Shown here piece by piece: positions 49,900 to 58,092 of a DNA stretch of 61,141 bases. The DNA is taken from the IMG/VR virus record IMGVR_UViG_3300037963_003681, positions 1 through 61,141 of that record. The stretch is one strand, 5' to 3'. The notes beneath the pieces are model-generated. The model was given only the letters and a program-made list of their open reading frames with translations. It had not been told where the DNA came from and made no database searches. Each line of letters starts with the position of its first letter. The stretch's first letter is position 1. A program made the position numbers and the translations under genes. Source of the stretch: a virus. Taxonomy: Duplodnaviria > Caudoviricetes.

Positions 49900-51933
49900 T
49901 TATTTATAGATACCAGTATAAAAATCATCATTCGCTCCTCCTGTGAACCAATCTGGGCCTTTGTACATATCTCCCTCTTGATTCACTATCTCTGTGCGAT
50001 TTCCTCCAATAACATCGTAATCCGGTCTAGCGAGTTGTTGTCTAGTTTGTCTAGCTAACATATTAGCTATTACCAAGGAGCTATATCTGTCTTTTCTTAA
50101 TCGACCCTTTTTACCTGTTTGCAACTTGACCTCAGGTGTATCCCATTTGTCTCTTGCTCCTGATCCTGTACTAGTCTGTGTCATAACAATAGTAGTTAGT
50201 TCGTTCTTAAGATCTTCTATTTCTAAAATACATTCACTCAAACTATCATATAGTGGACTTAAATCTGTCTTCAATATATCTTTACCTTCTTCATCTAATG
50301 CTAAACCTAAAGTTAGCTGATCGAATCTTGGAAATAACAAAACTCTATCTTCAAAATCTTTTCTTAGTCCGTGATTAGCCTGTGCTGTCCAATCTGCCTT
50401 TGCAAATTGAACCATATCTAAAATATGTAATCCCTGCTGTGAATCTGTATCTTTGCTTTTATCATAGTTAATTACTGGCCATATCAATTGTTCATTAGGT
50501 TCCAAATTCTTTGGGTCATGTAAAGCCTCTTCAATAGCGATACCACCACCCTGAGCATCCATACCAATTACCTTTGGAGGAAATGTCCTCATAAGATTTC
50601 TAATCTTCCTTGCACAAAAACCATAAAAATCATGTTCATTAGTAAGACCTGATTTCTGTCTCTCTTTAAAATTGCTTCTATTGGTAGTCCAACAATATAC
50701 AATTCTAGAATGATCAGGATGCAATTCCAAAATAACTATACTGAAATTGTCTTTTTCCGATGCTGGATCAATACCATATACATATTGATTATGAATATTA
50801 CCTTGAGTAGTAGCATCAAACAATATAGTTTTATCTCCAATAATAATAGGATCACTTTCATTAGCCACACATGCTTCCAACATGCTCCTCTTAAAAAATC
50901 CATCGCTGTCTTTTGTAAAACATGCAGCATATTCCATATTATAAATACCAGTATGAATTGTAGCTTTAGCTCTAGCTACCTGCTTATCATCCATAAAACC
51001 TTTAGGAATTAACTCGTAAGGTATTCTAATAATGCTATAATCCTGCCAATTAAAATTATCTGGAACCTCACCCTTGAAAAGATCCTCTAACTTCTGCTTA
51101 TCACCTTTGCTTTCAATAATAGATTTGTATCTTCTCCAGTACTGAGCAAAATGTTTAAAACTATAATCAGCAGTTCCTGATATAATAGCTTGATTTCCCA
51201 TCTTAGTATCTAATGCTTCTAACTGTTCATTCCATATCCCAGCTTCTGTCATAGCTTTTTTCTTCGCTGCTTCTTTTACATTTTCAATAGGACTAGCAGA
51301 GACAGCAGCAAAACCTGCAACAACTGTTTCATATATGTCTGGTGATATTGATGCGAATTCGTCAGCGATAATAATATGTGCTCTGAGTCCTCTAATCTTG
51401 GAGCCATCTCCCATTGGAACTGCAATTGTCCAACTGTCACCAAGTCGTATCGTACACCTATCTACATCTCTTCTCGGCCCATCTTCATTCCCAGAAAAAA
51501 TGCTTCTAAGGATCGGACTGTTCCTCCACATAGTTTCCATATATTCAAATATAATTTTACTCTGTCTAAATGCAGCACCTACAATTACAATCTTAGTGCC
51601 AGGATAGAAGGTACATCTTAAGACGGCATACAAAGCCAAAAGAAACGATTTACCCCAACCACGAGAAGCTATATACATAGGGAATGGTCTGTTCCAAAAT
51701 TCCTGTAGTATAACACATTGCATAGGATGCAACTCTATGTTAAATAATAATTTACAAGTTGCCCCTACATACTTTGGGTCACGTAGTAATTTCATAAGGT
51801 GTAGATCTGGGTTTTCGATCTCGGTCTCGGTCCTATGAATCATTGGATTCGTAGGTACTTGGATTTTTGACAGATCCCCCAGACCTAGCCATGCATCATC
51901 AAATATCTGTTTTGGGTTGTCCGTGGTACTCAT
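49900..51933 (-). CDS. terL: Terminase large subunit (677 aa)
   Basis: LHPMQ Q-motif, Walker A ASRGWGKS, Walker B IIIADEF, nuclease YGIDPAS and KDRYSSL. Confidence 0.93.
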   Translation of the reverse strand: MSTTDNPKQIFDDAWLGLGDLSKIQVPTNPMIHRTETEIENPDLHLMKLLRDPKYVGATCKLLFNIELHPMQCVILQEFWNRPFPMYIASRGWGKSFLLALYAVLRCTFYPGTKIVIVGAAFRQSKIIFEYMETMWRNSPILRSIFSGNEDGPRRDVDRCTIRLGDSWTIAVPMGDGSKIRGLRAHIIIADEFASISPDIYETVVAGFAAVSASPIENVKEAAKKKAMTEAGIWNEQLEALDTKMGNQAIISGTADYSFKHFAQYWRRYKSIIESKGDKQKLEDLFKGEVPDNFNWQDYSIIRIPYELIPKGFMDDKQVARAKATIHTGIYNMEYAACFTKDSDGFFKRSMLEACVANESDPIIIGDKTILFDATTQGNIHNQYVYGIDPASEKDNFSIVILELHPDHSRIVYCWTTNRSNFKERQKSGLTNEHDFYGFCARKIRNLMRTFPPKVIGMDAQGGGIAIEEALHDPKNLEPNEQLIWPVINYDKSKDTDSQQGLHILDMVQFAKADWTAQANHGLRKDFEDRVLLFPRFDQLTLGLALDEEGKDILKTDLSPLYDSLSECILEIEDLKNELTTIVMTQTSTGSGARDKWDTPEVKLQTGKKGRLRKDRYSSLVIANMLARQTRQQLARPDYDVIGGNRTEIVNQEGDMYKGPDWFTGGANDDFYTGIYK

Positions 51934-52378
51934 AAATTTTTCTCATGATTGCTAATGCTTCTTTTTCTGCATTTGCAGCATTGCCACAAAAAACAATTTT
52001 AACATTATGTAGTATTTGTAATTCATTAATATGTTTAAGAATAAACTTAGGACTAATCCTTAATTTACTCCACATCCTTTTAGGTACTGTAGATCCCACA
52101 GGATACTTTAGTACATCTTCTAGATCGAATTCAAATAATAAAAAAGGATACTTAAATTGAGACAATCTTTCTACAACGTCCTTGAATCTTTTTTCCGTAA
52201 TATTATTTGCAAACTCACTTACATTTCCTTTCCTTTCGATACAAAATAAATCTTCGAGTCCTCTCAAAGAATAGTCTCCTGTATCTAATTTAGCTACGGT
52301 CTGTTCCATTTTATCAAATGTCCACGGATGTTGTTCTCTAGTATCTACTATAATATGAAAGTTACTGAAGTCTATCAT
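51899..52378 (-). CDS. ERCC4-domain nuclease (159 aa)
   Basis: IIVDTREQ, LDTGDYS and CIERK motifs. Confidence 0.88.
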   Translation of the reverse strand: MIDFSNFHIIVDTREQHPWTFDKMEQTVAKLDTGDYSLRGLEDLFCIERKGNVSEFANNITEKRFKDVVERLSQFKYPFLLFEFDLEDVLKYPVGSTVPKRMWSKLRISPKFILKHINELQILHNVKIVFCGNAANAEKEALAIMRKIYEYHGQPKTDI

Positions 52379-52631
52379 TGGCTAATATCTTTAAAAAAGT
52401 GGATGCGTATAATTCTTCCTGACCTTTAATTAAATTGTGGTGATATCTGCAAAGCGTAATTCCGTTAGCCACCTCAAATCTCAACCCAGGATAATGTGCC
52501 CAGGTTTTAATATGATGAGCATTCAACTTTTTCTTAATTTTACAATTTGGCCATCTGCAACAATAGTGATCTCTTCTATATACAGCTTGTCGCCATTTTT
52601 TATATTGAGGATCACCATAGTTTCTAAACAT
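52362..52631 (-). CDS. HNH endonuclease (89 aa), probably packaging-associated
   Basis: WRQAVYRRDHYCC..C...LNAHHIK...NGITLCRYHH; near TerL. Confidence 0.88.
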   Translation of the reverse strand: MFRNYGDPQYKKWRQAVYRRDHYCCRWPNCKIKKKLNAHHIKTWAHYPGLRFEVANGITLCRYHHNLIKGQEELYASTFLKILANDRLQ

Positions 52632-53595
52632 CGTTTTTCACCATGTCCTGTACTAAATCAATAAAACTCATTTGAGGTTCCCATCCTAGTTTTTCCTTAG
52701 CTAGACTAGGATCCCCACACAAATACTCTACCTCTGCTGGACGAAATAAATCCGGGTCAATTTCTACATGATCTTTTACACTTAAATTTGCTCCTTTAAA
52801 TGCCATTTCTAAAAATTCTTTTACGCTATGTGTTTCTCCGGTAGCAATTACAAAGTCTTGTGGTTGTTCCTGCTGAAGCATCATCCACATAGCCCGCACA
52901 TAATCCTTAGCATGACCCCAATCTCGATGAGCATCCAAGTTCCCCAGCTTCAATTTATCTGTTCTTTCTTTTCTGATTAATTCCCCAATATACTTAGTGA
53001 TTTTTCTAGTTACAAAATTCTCGCCTCTTCTAGCGCTTTCATGATTAAACAATATCCCACAACAAGCGAAAAGGCTATAAGCAGATCTATAAATCTCCAC
53101 CATATTATGAGAAGCCAGCTTTGCAACCCCGTAAGGACTTTGCGGTAGCATTTCTGTTTTTTCATTTTGATATTTTCTACCGTTTTTCTCGCTTGAGTAA
53201 TTTCGCCCAAACATCTCGCTTGTGCTTGCTTGATATAGCTTGGTATGAGGAGAGTGATGACGTATAGCCTCCAATATATTGGTTACACCTATAGTATTTA
53301 TTTCAAACGTGGTTGAAGGTTGCTTGAAACTAGTTCCAACATGAGATTGTGCAGCAAGATTGTAAAACTCATCTGGTTGGTATTTATTAACTGTTTGAGT
53401 AACTCCACTAGGATCAGTAAGATCAAATTCAGTTAGTTTATATCGGGGATTTGAGAGTAGGTGATTAATACGATTTAGATTATTTGTACTGGATCTTCTA
53501 TGACATCCTATTACGTTATATTCTTTCTCTAATAATAGTTCTGATAGATATGAGCCATCTTGTCCGGTTATTCCTGTTATAATGGCAGTTTTCAT
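52624..53595 (-). CDS. gmd: GDP-mannose 4,6-dehydratase
   Basis: ITGITGQDGSYL, YNLAAQSHV, YQASTSE, PQSPYGVAK, GILFNHES, FVTRKIT, RDWGHAKDYV and FRPAEV motifs are all intact. Confidence 0.96.
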   Translation of the reverse strand: MKTAIITGITGQDGSYLSELLLEKEYNVIGCHRRSSTNNLNRINHLLSNPRYKLTEFDLTDPSGVTQTVNKYQPDEFYNLAAQSHVGTSFKQPSTTFEINTIGVTNILEAIRHHSPHTKLYQASTSEMFGRNYSSEKNGRKYQNEKTEMLPQSPYGVAKLASHNMVEIYRSAYSLFACCGILFNHESARRGENFVTRKITKYIGELIRKERTDKLKLGNLDAHRDWGHAKDYVRAMWMMLQQEQPQDFVIATGETHSVKEFLEMAFKGANLSVKDHVEIDPDLFRPAEVEYLCGDPSLAKEKLGWEPQMSFIDLVQDMVKNDV

Positions 53596-53598
53596 ATA

Positions 53599-54435
53599 TT
53601 ATTCCTTATCCTTTTCTACTATGGTTTCTGGAGTTAATAATGGGCTGTCTACAGTATCATCAGCATAATTATGGTATTCTGCTAGTAGTTTTTTATTTTT
53701 ATCTACAGCCATAGCCATAATTTCCATTTCTCGTCCTTCCTTTTCTCTAATCTCTTCGTCTTCTAACATACGAATCAATCCGATCCAACTGCTTTTACCA
53801 TCCTCGATACGTTTAATACGTTGTTCTCTGGTGGCTTTTAAATCTTTACTTATCTTCTGTTGTTCATTTAATAGTTTAGTATATTCGTTTGTATAGTTAG
53901 CTATGCTATTACGAGCAAATGAGAGTTGGGTTTCCAGATTGGCAAGTTTAGCAGCATCACGGGCATCTTCTGGTAATTTATATTCATTATCTACTTCTTC
54001 TTGTAATTTTTCAGTGTCAGATATGTGGCGTTTTCTTTCTTTCATAGATCTGTTGATAAGAATGTCTATGGTTATAAATTGTTTGATTTGTAGTTCTTCT
54101 GCAGGTAGTACGTCTTCTCTAAATTGTTTTACTAGACCTATCCATGTGTCTTCAAAGTATTGTAGTTCTCCTGTGGATTTGTCGAACTGTTTTGTAATTT
54201 CTATCCAAAAGGTCTTTGCATGTAGTTTTTGTCGTAATGTTGTATCATTCTCTTGTTCATCTTTAGATTTAAGTCCAATTTTAGATTCACTGATATATCG
54301 TTCTACTGGTTTAATTGTTCTATTTAAATTGTCTGCAATTTGTTGTACAGGTAGAATGGCTACATGATCTCTGATATATTGTTCTTCTTCTAAACTTAGT
54401 TGTCCACGTTTTCTTGGCGGGGTTTTAGATTTCAT
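53599..54435 (-). CDS. HTH plus coiled-coil protein (278 aa), candidate terminase small subunit
   Basis: N-terminal HTH-like LPVQQIADNLNRTIKPVERYI; long coiled coil; upstream of TerL in the same operon. Confidence 0.4.
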   Translation of the reverse strand: MKSKTPPRKRGQLSLEEEQYIRDHVAILPVQQIADNLNRTIKPVERYISESKIGLKSKDEQENDTTLRQKLHAKTFWIEITKQFDKSTGELQYFEDTWIGLVKQFREDVLPAEELQIKQFITIDILINRSMKERKRHISDTEKLQEEVDNEYKLPEDARDAAKLANLETQLSFARNSIANYTNEYTKLLNEQQKISKDLKATREQRIKRIEDGKSSWIGLIRMLEDEEIREKEGREMEIMAMAVDKNKKLLAEYHNYADDTVDSPLLTPETIVEKDKE

Positions 54436-55102
54436 AATTATGTTCTTTGAGGATTTCTTTAATACATTCTAATAACTTGTTAAGGTCGGTTTTATATACC
54501 TTATCACCATATCGTAATTTTAAATATGCTGGTCTATGTTGTGCTGGTATGTTCTCATCTAGTATTTTAAGGATTTGTTCGTTGGATACAATTTCTAATA
54601 TAGATTGTTCTGAGGATAGTCTGGATATCGAAACATTTTGAGATTGTAGATCTTCTATACCTACTGGTTTCATAATGTTCTTTTTATTGGTATTACGGTT
54701 ATTCCATGTATTATATTCTTGGCAGTTAGTTTTGTCAGTATACTCTTCACATTGGTTTGTAGAAGTTTTGCAGTGGGGATCATAGAATATACAAGATAGA
54801 CAAGGTTTGTCGGGACGTTGATAATTATCACGTTTATAGTTAAATAGTCTGTTTCTTACGTGGGTCCAAAGAAAGTTTTCTAGTGGACGTTTATTATCAT
54901 ATTTATTTAATCCTTCAAGAGCAAAAATTGCTGCTTGTTGTTTCATGTCCTCGTAGCTATGGTATCCGAATTTAAATTTATGTCCAAGTCTTTTACTAAT
55001 GTTATCTAATACTAATAAAAATTCTTGTTCGTCCACACCATTAGGTAGAGTCGATTTCTTTTTCTTCGTTGTTTTCTTCTTCGTCGCTTTTTTCTTGGTC
55101 AT
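54425..55102 (-). CDS. Phage sigma-factor-like protein (225 aa)
   Basis: Sigma70 region 2-like EDMKQQAAIFALEGLNKYDNKRPLENFLWTHVRNRLFNYKRD; Cys-rich insert (CLSC..C..C..C); short region-4-like C-terminus. Confidence 0.7.
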   Translation of the reverse strand: MTKKKATKKKTTKKKKSTLPNGVDEQEFLLVLDNISKRLGHKFKFGYHSYEDMKQQAAIFALEGLNKYDNKRPLENFLWTHVRNRLFNYKRDNYQRPDKPCLSCIFYDPHCKTSTNQCEEYTDKTNCQEYNTWNNRNTNKKNIMKPVGIEDLQSQNVSISRLSSEQSILEIVSNEQILKILDENIPAQHRPAYLKLRYGDKVYKTDLNKLLECIKEILKEHNYEI

Positions 55103-55214
55103 GTAATAAGCTTGCTATGCTTTTCCCGTCTGGTTTGTTTAGATCTTCTGTGACATCCAGTGCTCCAGAAGCTTTAGTTTCCAAAACAGAATTTACATTC
55201 GTAACTTTATTCAT
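55041..55214 (-). CDS. Small acidic hypothetical protein (57 aa), not in ORF track
   Basis: AAGGA RBS; MNKVTNVNSVLETKASG...EEKEIDST*; first gene of the late operon. Confidence 0.6.
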   Translation of the reverse strand: MNKVTNVNSVLETKASGALDVTEDLNKPDGKSIASLLHDQEKSDEEENNEEKEIDST

Positions 55215-55250
55215 AATAAATTCCTTGCCTCGATTTAAAATTGTACTACT

Positions 55251-55278
55251 ATAATACTATAAATACACGATTTGTCAA
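55251..55278 (-). promoter_or_regulatory. Sigma70-like promoter of late/sigma operon with nested GTGTAT element
   Basis: Minus strand TTGACA-AATCGTGTATTTATAG(16)-TATTAT. Confidence 0.55.
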
Positions 55279-55294
55279 CTTTAAGGCATAAATT

Positions 55295-55540
55295 ATGAAA
55301 AAGTACAAGAAATGGAGCAGTGAAGAGTTGTGTTATATCTCTGAAAACTGCAACAAAATGAAGGATAAGGAATTGGCAACTTTGTTAACTGAGAAATGTA
55401 ATGTTGAAATAACGGTAGATATGATCAGGAGACAAAGACGCAAATTACAGATACGAAAGAAACAGGGACGTCATAAAAACCAGCAAAAAGAGACTAGTAG
55501 TGTGGAGACAGGGAATGTAGGGTCTACTACTATAGTTTAG
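55295..55540 (+). CDS. Small basic HTH/Myb-like DNA-binding protein (81 aa)
   Basis: KWSSEELCYI...DKELATLL...ITVDMIRRQRRKLQIRK; divergent from the late operon. Confidence 0.6.
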   Translation: MKKYKKWSSEELCYISENCNKMKDKELATLLTEKCNVEITVDMIRRQRRKLQIRKKQGRHKNQQKETSSVETGNVGSTTIV

Positions 55541-55739
55541 GTAATACATATAAAATTATCACTTCTTACTTTTTTTGCATCCCCCCGCGTTTTTGAGACA
55601 CGATCTCAATACCTATGTAAAATGAAAAAACCCCCATATTGAGGGGAAAGCTATAAAAACATATTCTAAAATGTGATTTTACATATATTTTCTAATATTG
55701 AGACAATTATTGTACAATCTACTGTACATGCTTATACCG

Positions 55740-55785
55740 TGTAGCATTTTGCATTGCATTTTGCAATTATTGTAGCATTTTGCAT
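55740..55785 (+). repeat. Direct repeat TGTAGCATTTTGCAT x2 (31-bp period) plus a third GCATTTTGCA; enhancer-like
   Basis: Exact copies at 55740-55754 and 55771-55785; the core is also at 55756-55765. Confidence 0.8.
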
Positions 55786-55849
55786 ATCGTGTTTCATAAT
55801 GAGAATACGAATAACCCTATAAAACAAGTATAAAAATTTTTTTTAGTTT

Positions 55850-55865
55850 TGGCACGCCGATTGCA
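55850..55865 (+). promoter_or_regulatory. Sigma54 (-24/-12) promoter
   Basis: TGGCACG-CCGA-TTGCA is an exact match to TGGCACG-N4-TTGCW. Confidence 0.8.
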
Positions 55866-55903
55866 TATTTATATAAACATGAAAAGCAATAAAAAATTAT
55901 CAC

Positions 55904-55940
55904 TTGACAGATTCAAGAAAATAGTTTCTAATGCCGATAT
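55904..55940 (+). promoter_or_regulatory. Overlapping sigma70 and sigma28-type promoters
   Basis: TTGACA-N17-TCTAAT and TCAA(55913)-N16-GCCGATAT(55933). Confidence 0.7.
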
Positions 55941-55971
55941 AAGAAATAACACTACTTTGAAAGGAAATGAA

Positions 55972-56178
55972 ATGAAAATTCAATTAGCACAATCTACAAT
56001 CCTCAATACCGATCTTCGCGTTATCGACATTCACAGCCGCCAAGTTGTGGTTCGTTGGTCGACTCAAAAGGTTATCGGGTTCGCCGATAATGGCGGTTTT
56101 TCACAAGACCCGCTACGTGTCCGGTATTTTCAAAATCTACTTGATATGTATAATATCGACGGAGTTTGGCACGCTTGA
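55972..56178 (+). CDS. Hypothetical early protein (68 aa)
   Basis: AAAGGA RBS supports the start MKIQLAQS rather than the track's 55849 start. Confidence 0.65.
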   Translation: MKIQLAQSTILNTDLRVIDIHSRQVVVRWSTQKVIGFADNGGFSQDPLRVRYFQNLLDMYNIDGVWHA

Positions 56179-56203
56179 CGTAGACCGGCCGATAGTGTAG
56201 ACT
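56175..56203 (+). promoter_or_regulatory. Sigma70-like promoter containing GCCGATAG
   Basis: TTGACG-N17-TAGACT, with a sigma28-like -10 box in the spacer but no clear sigma28 -35. Confidence 0.55.
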
Positions 56204-56212
56204 TTTGACATT

Positions 56213-56233
56213 CACCACCACCACCACCACCAC
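56213..56233 (+). repeat. (CAC)7 microsatellite in leader of HNH gene
   Basis: Seven perfect CAC units. Confidence 0.9.
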
Positions 56234-56243
56234 GAGAAAAATT

Positions 56244-56684
56244 ATGAGACGCAAACAACCGATTCCCGCCGCCCTACGATTGCAAGTGATCGACCGTGAC
56301 AATGGCCGCTGCCGTGCTTGTGGTATCGGCGACCGTGACGCCCTACAAGCCGATCATATCAAGCCAGAATCGAAGGGTGGTAAAACTACTCTCGACAATC
56401 TGCAAGCCTTGTGCGGTGTCTGCAATAATCGCAAACAAAATACCGTGGTCGAGTTGGACATCCGCCCCGCTGTCGAGGGGTTCGGTGATTATGCTGAGGT
56501 AATGCAAGCCCGAACGGAATTCCTCGAAACACTTGCAAACGTCCGACAATCTGAAGTCCGACGATTAGAGGGTCTGGTCAAGGCATGGCGGGAAGCCAAT
56601 GTCCGGGGTTGCATCATCCGCAATCGCCTAGAAAAGATGGTCGACAAACGCAAGGTCGAAAAAATCCTACGATCCACCCGATAG
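56244..56684 (+). CDS. HNH endonuclease-domain protein (about 146 aa)
   Basis: VIDRDNGRCRACG...ADHIKPESKGGKTTLDNLQALCGVCNNRK; likely start MRRKQPIP. Confidence 0.88.
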   Translation: MRRKQPIPAALRLQVIDRDNGRCRACGIGDRDALQADHIKPESKGGKTTLDNLQALCGVCNNRKQNTVVELDIRPAVEGFGDYAEVMQARTEFLETLANVRQSEVRRLEGLVKAWREANVRGCIIRNRLEKMVDKRKVEKILRSTR

Positions 56685-56689
56685 AGGGG

Positions 56690-56727
56690 TTGACAAAATT
56701 AAAGTTTTTAGTTTATAATGCCGATAT
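56690..56727 (+). promoter_or_regulatory. Overlapping sigma70 and sigma28-type promoters
   Basis: TTGACA-N18-TATAAT and TAAA(GTTT)(56700)-N16-GCCGATAT(56720). Confidence 0.8.
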
Positions 56728-56753
56728 AACAAATAACACGAAAGGAATTAAAA

Positions 56754-56918
56754 ATGAAAGTATTTGATAAAAAACAAGTTGAGGAATTATTTCAAGTCGT
56801 CACAATGTACATCACAGATTGCTGTGGTGAATATGTTTCAGATGATAGTTCAGACATCTGCCCAGCATGTGGCGAACATACCGAAATCATCACAGAAGAA
56901 TATGAGGTGACTAAATGA
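56754..56918 (+). CDS. Small Zn-ribbon-like protein (54 aa), not in ORF track
   Basis: AAAGGA RBS; TDCCGE...DICPACGEH; ATGA overlap with the next gene. Confidence 0.75.
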   Translation: MKVFDKKQVEELFQVVTMYITDCCGEYVSDDSSDICPACGEHTEIITEEYEVTK

Positions 56919-57097
56919 CAGATCGAGAATATTACAACTGCGTGTTTCCTGTAAGTCGGCCTAACGTATGGGTCGTGTATGATGCACAAAATGGAAACAA
57001 GATTGGCGAAGTTGGTGCTATGTCAGAAAACGAGGCTAGACAGAAGGTAGCCCAGCATGTTATGATACCGTTCACCCTGTCACATATTGAGGAGTAG
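56915..57097 (+). CDS. Hypothetical protein (60 aa)
   Basis: GAGG RBS; coupled to the previous gene. Confidence 0.7.
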   Translation: MTDREYYNCVFPVSRPNVWVVYDAQNGNKIGEVGAMSENEARQKVAQHVMIPFTLSHIEE

Positions 57098-57101
57098 TAA
57101 A

Positions 57102-57455
57102 TTGAAAACTTGCAAAGTAAATCCACTGAAACTAAATGAGACACGATTCCTAGCAGACGTTCACAATAAGGAGGGTCGATATGTTAAACGCTACTTTTTT
57201 AGCAACGGACTTGGCGCTAGTGTCGTCTGTCATGATGGTAGCTATGGTGGTCATTCAGGCTTTTTTGAGTTGGCGGTTATGAAGTATAAGCTCGGGACAG
57301 ACCCGGAACTAACAAGCAAGCTCATTTACGACACACAAATAAATAAAGATCTTGGCTGCGTAGATGTTCTTGCATGGCTTGACTTTCATGACGTAGCTGC
57401 TAAACTTATACAGATTCGTAACTATAACACTGGGGAGTACGCTATCAATGAATGA
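57102..57455 (+). CDS. Conserved phage hypothetical protein (about 117 aa)
   Basis: FSNGLGASVVCHDGSYGG..GFFELAV motif resembles a common phage small-protein family; TTG start after GAGGAG. Confidence 0.7.
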   Translation: MKTCKVNPLKLNETRFLADVHNKEGRYVKRYFFSNGLGASVVCHDGSYGGHSGFFELAVMKYKLGTDPELTSKLIYDTQINKDLGCVDVLAWLDFHDVAAKLIQIRNYNTGEYAINE

Positions 57456-57609
57456 ACTTATAGAACAAAACCTTTACGATATACTTGACAAGTATGATAC
57501 AGCGAAGGTAAAACTATACTACCTTGCTTGTGCGGAAACAGGCGATGAGTACGGAATGAAAGTAGCAAACCACATTTTATATTGCAGGGGAGAAGAGACT
57601 TATGTATAA
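57448..57609 (+). CDS. Hypothetical protein (53 aa), not in ORF track
   Basis: GGAG RBS; MNELIEQNLYDILDKY...; fills the gap between its neighbours. Confidence 0.6.
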   Translation: MNELIEQNLYDILDKYDTAKVKLYYLACAETGDEYGMKVANHILYCRGEETYV

Positions 57610-57895
57610 CACAGAAAAGCTAATGAGAAAATATCCTATGCTATCGGCTGCTTGGGATGAATGCACACAAATATGGGAAGGTATTGAGCAGAATGGAACG
57701 GTTCACAAATTCAATCGTAGAGTTTTACTATCTAATGGTATGGAAAGTAAATCAGGCCGTAAGGTGGATGATAGGTATCTTAGCAGTAATGATAAGATGA
57801 TTAATCCTGTAGGTAAGCCGGGGAGTGATGAAAGATTAGAGGCATTACGTTTACATTACGAGACAACCAACGAAGAATCACCATTTGGGACGTAA
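57602..57895 (+). CDS. Hypothetical protein (97 aa)
   Basis: ORF with purine-rich RBS; C-terminal GKPGSDERLEALRLHYE motif. Confidence 0.7.
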   Translation: MYNTEKLMRKYPMLSAAWDECTQIWEGIEQNGTVHKFNRRVLLSNGMESKSGRKVDDRYLSSNDKMINPVGKPGSDERLEALRLHYETTNEESPFGT

Positions 57896-57919
57896 ACCCT
57901 TACCAGTAAACGACTTACG
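57891..57919. repeat. 29-bp palindromic element, copy 1
   Basis: CGTAAACCCTTA-CCAGT-AAACGACTTACG. Confidence 0.75.
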
Positions 57920-57975
57920 GCAACCGAGCCCGCAGCGAAGGGTGGTGTACATATGTACCACCTAACCCACAGGGC

Positions 57976-57998
57976 TGGATAATATGGATACAGCCAGC
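57976..57998 (+). repeat. 23-bp intergenic repeat, copy 1 (copy 2 at 60193-60215)
   Basis: TGGAT(A/T)ATATGGATACAGCCAGC, 22/23 identical. Confidence 0.85.
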
Positions 57999-58029
57999 GA
58001 GAAAAGCCGGAAATTTTTCTGTTTTTTAT

Positions 58030-58058
58030 TCAAGATATCCACCTGGACAAACCGATAT
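58030..58058 (+). promoter_or_regulatory. Sigma28-type promoter
   Basis: TCAA-N17-ACCGATAT, with TGGACA in the spacer. Confidence 0.5.
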
Positions 58059-58092
58059 CATATATATAGGAAACAATACCACACGGAGAAAA

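Noticed and set aside
49900-51933. Intein or intron in TerL, or stop-codon recoding
   Set aside because: TerL motifs are contiguous with no intein signatures, and genes tile densely under the standard code.
82-54641. Numerous 60-150 aa plus-strand and alternate-frame ORFs in the track
   Set aside because: They lie antisense to, or inside, long motif-bearing genes and look like shadow ORFs.
56064-56090. TCAA-N15-GCCGATAA inside the 55972 gene
   Set aside because: It is a good sigma28-like match but intragenic, so it may be chance; it was not counted among the promoters.
56167-56182. Second TGGCACG as a sigma54 promoter
   Set aside because: It lacks TTGC at the -12 position.
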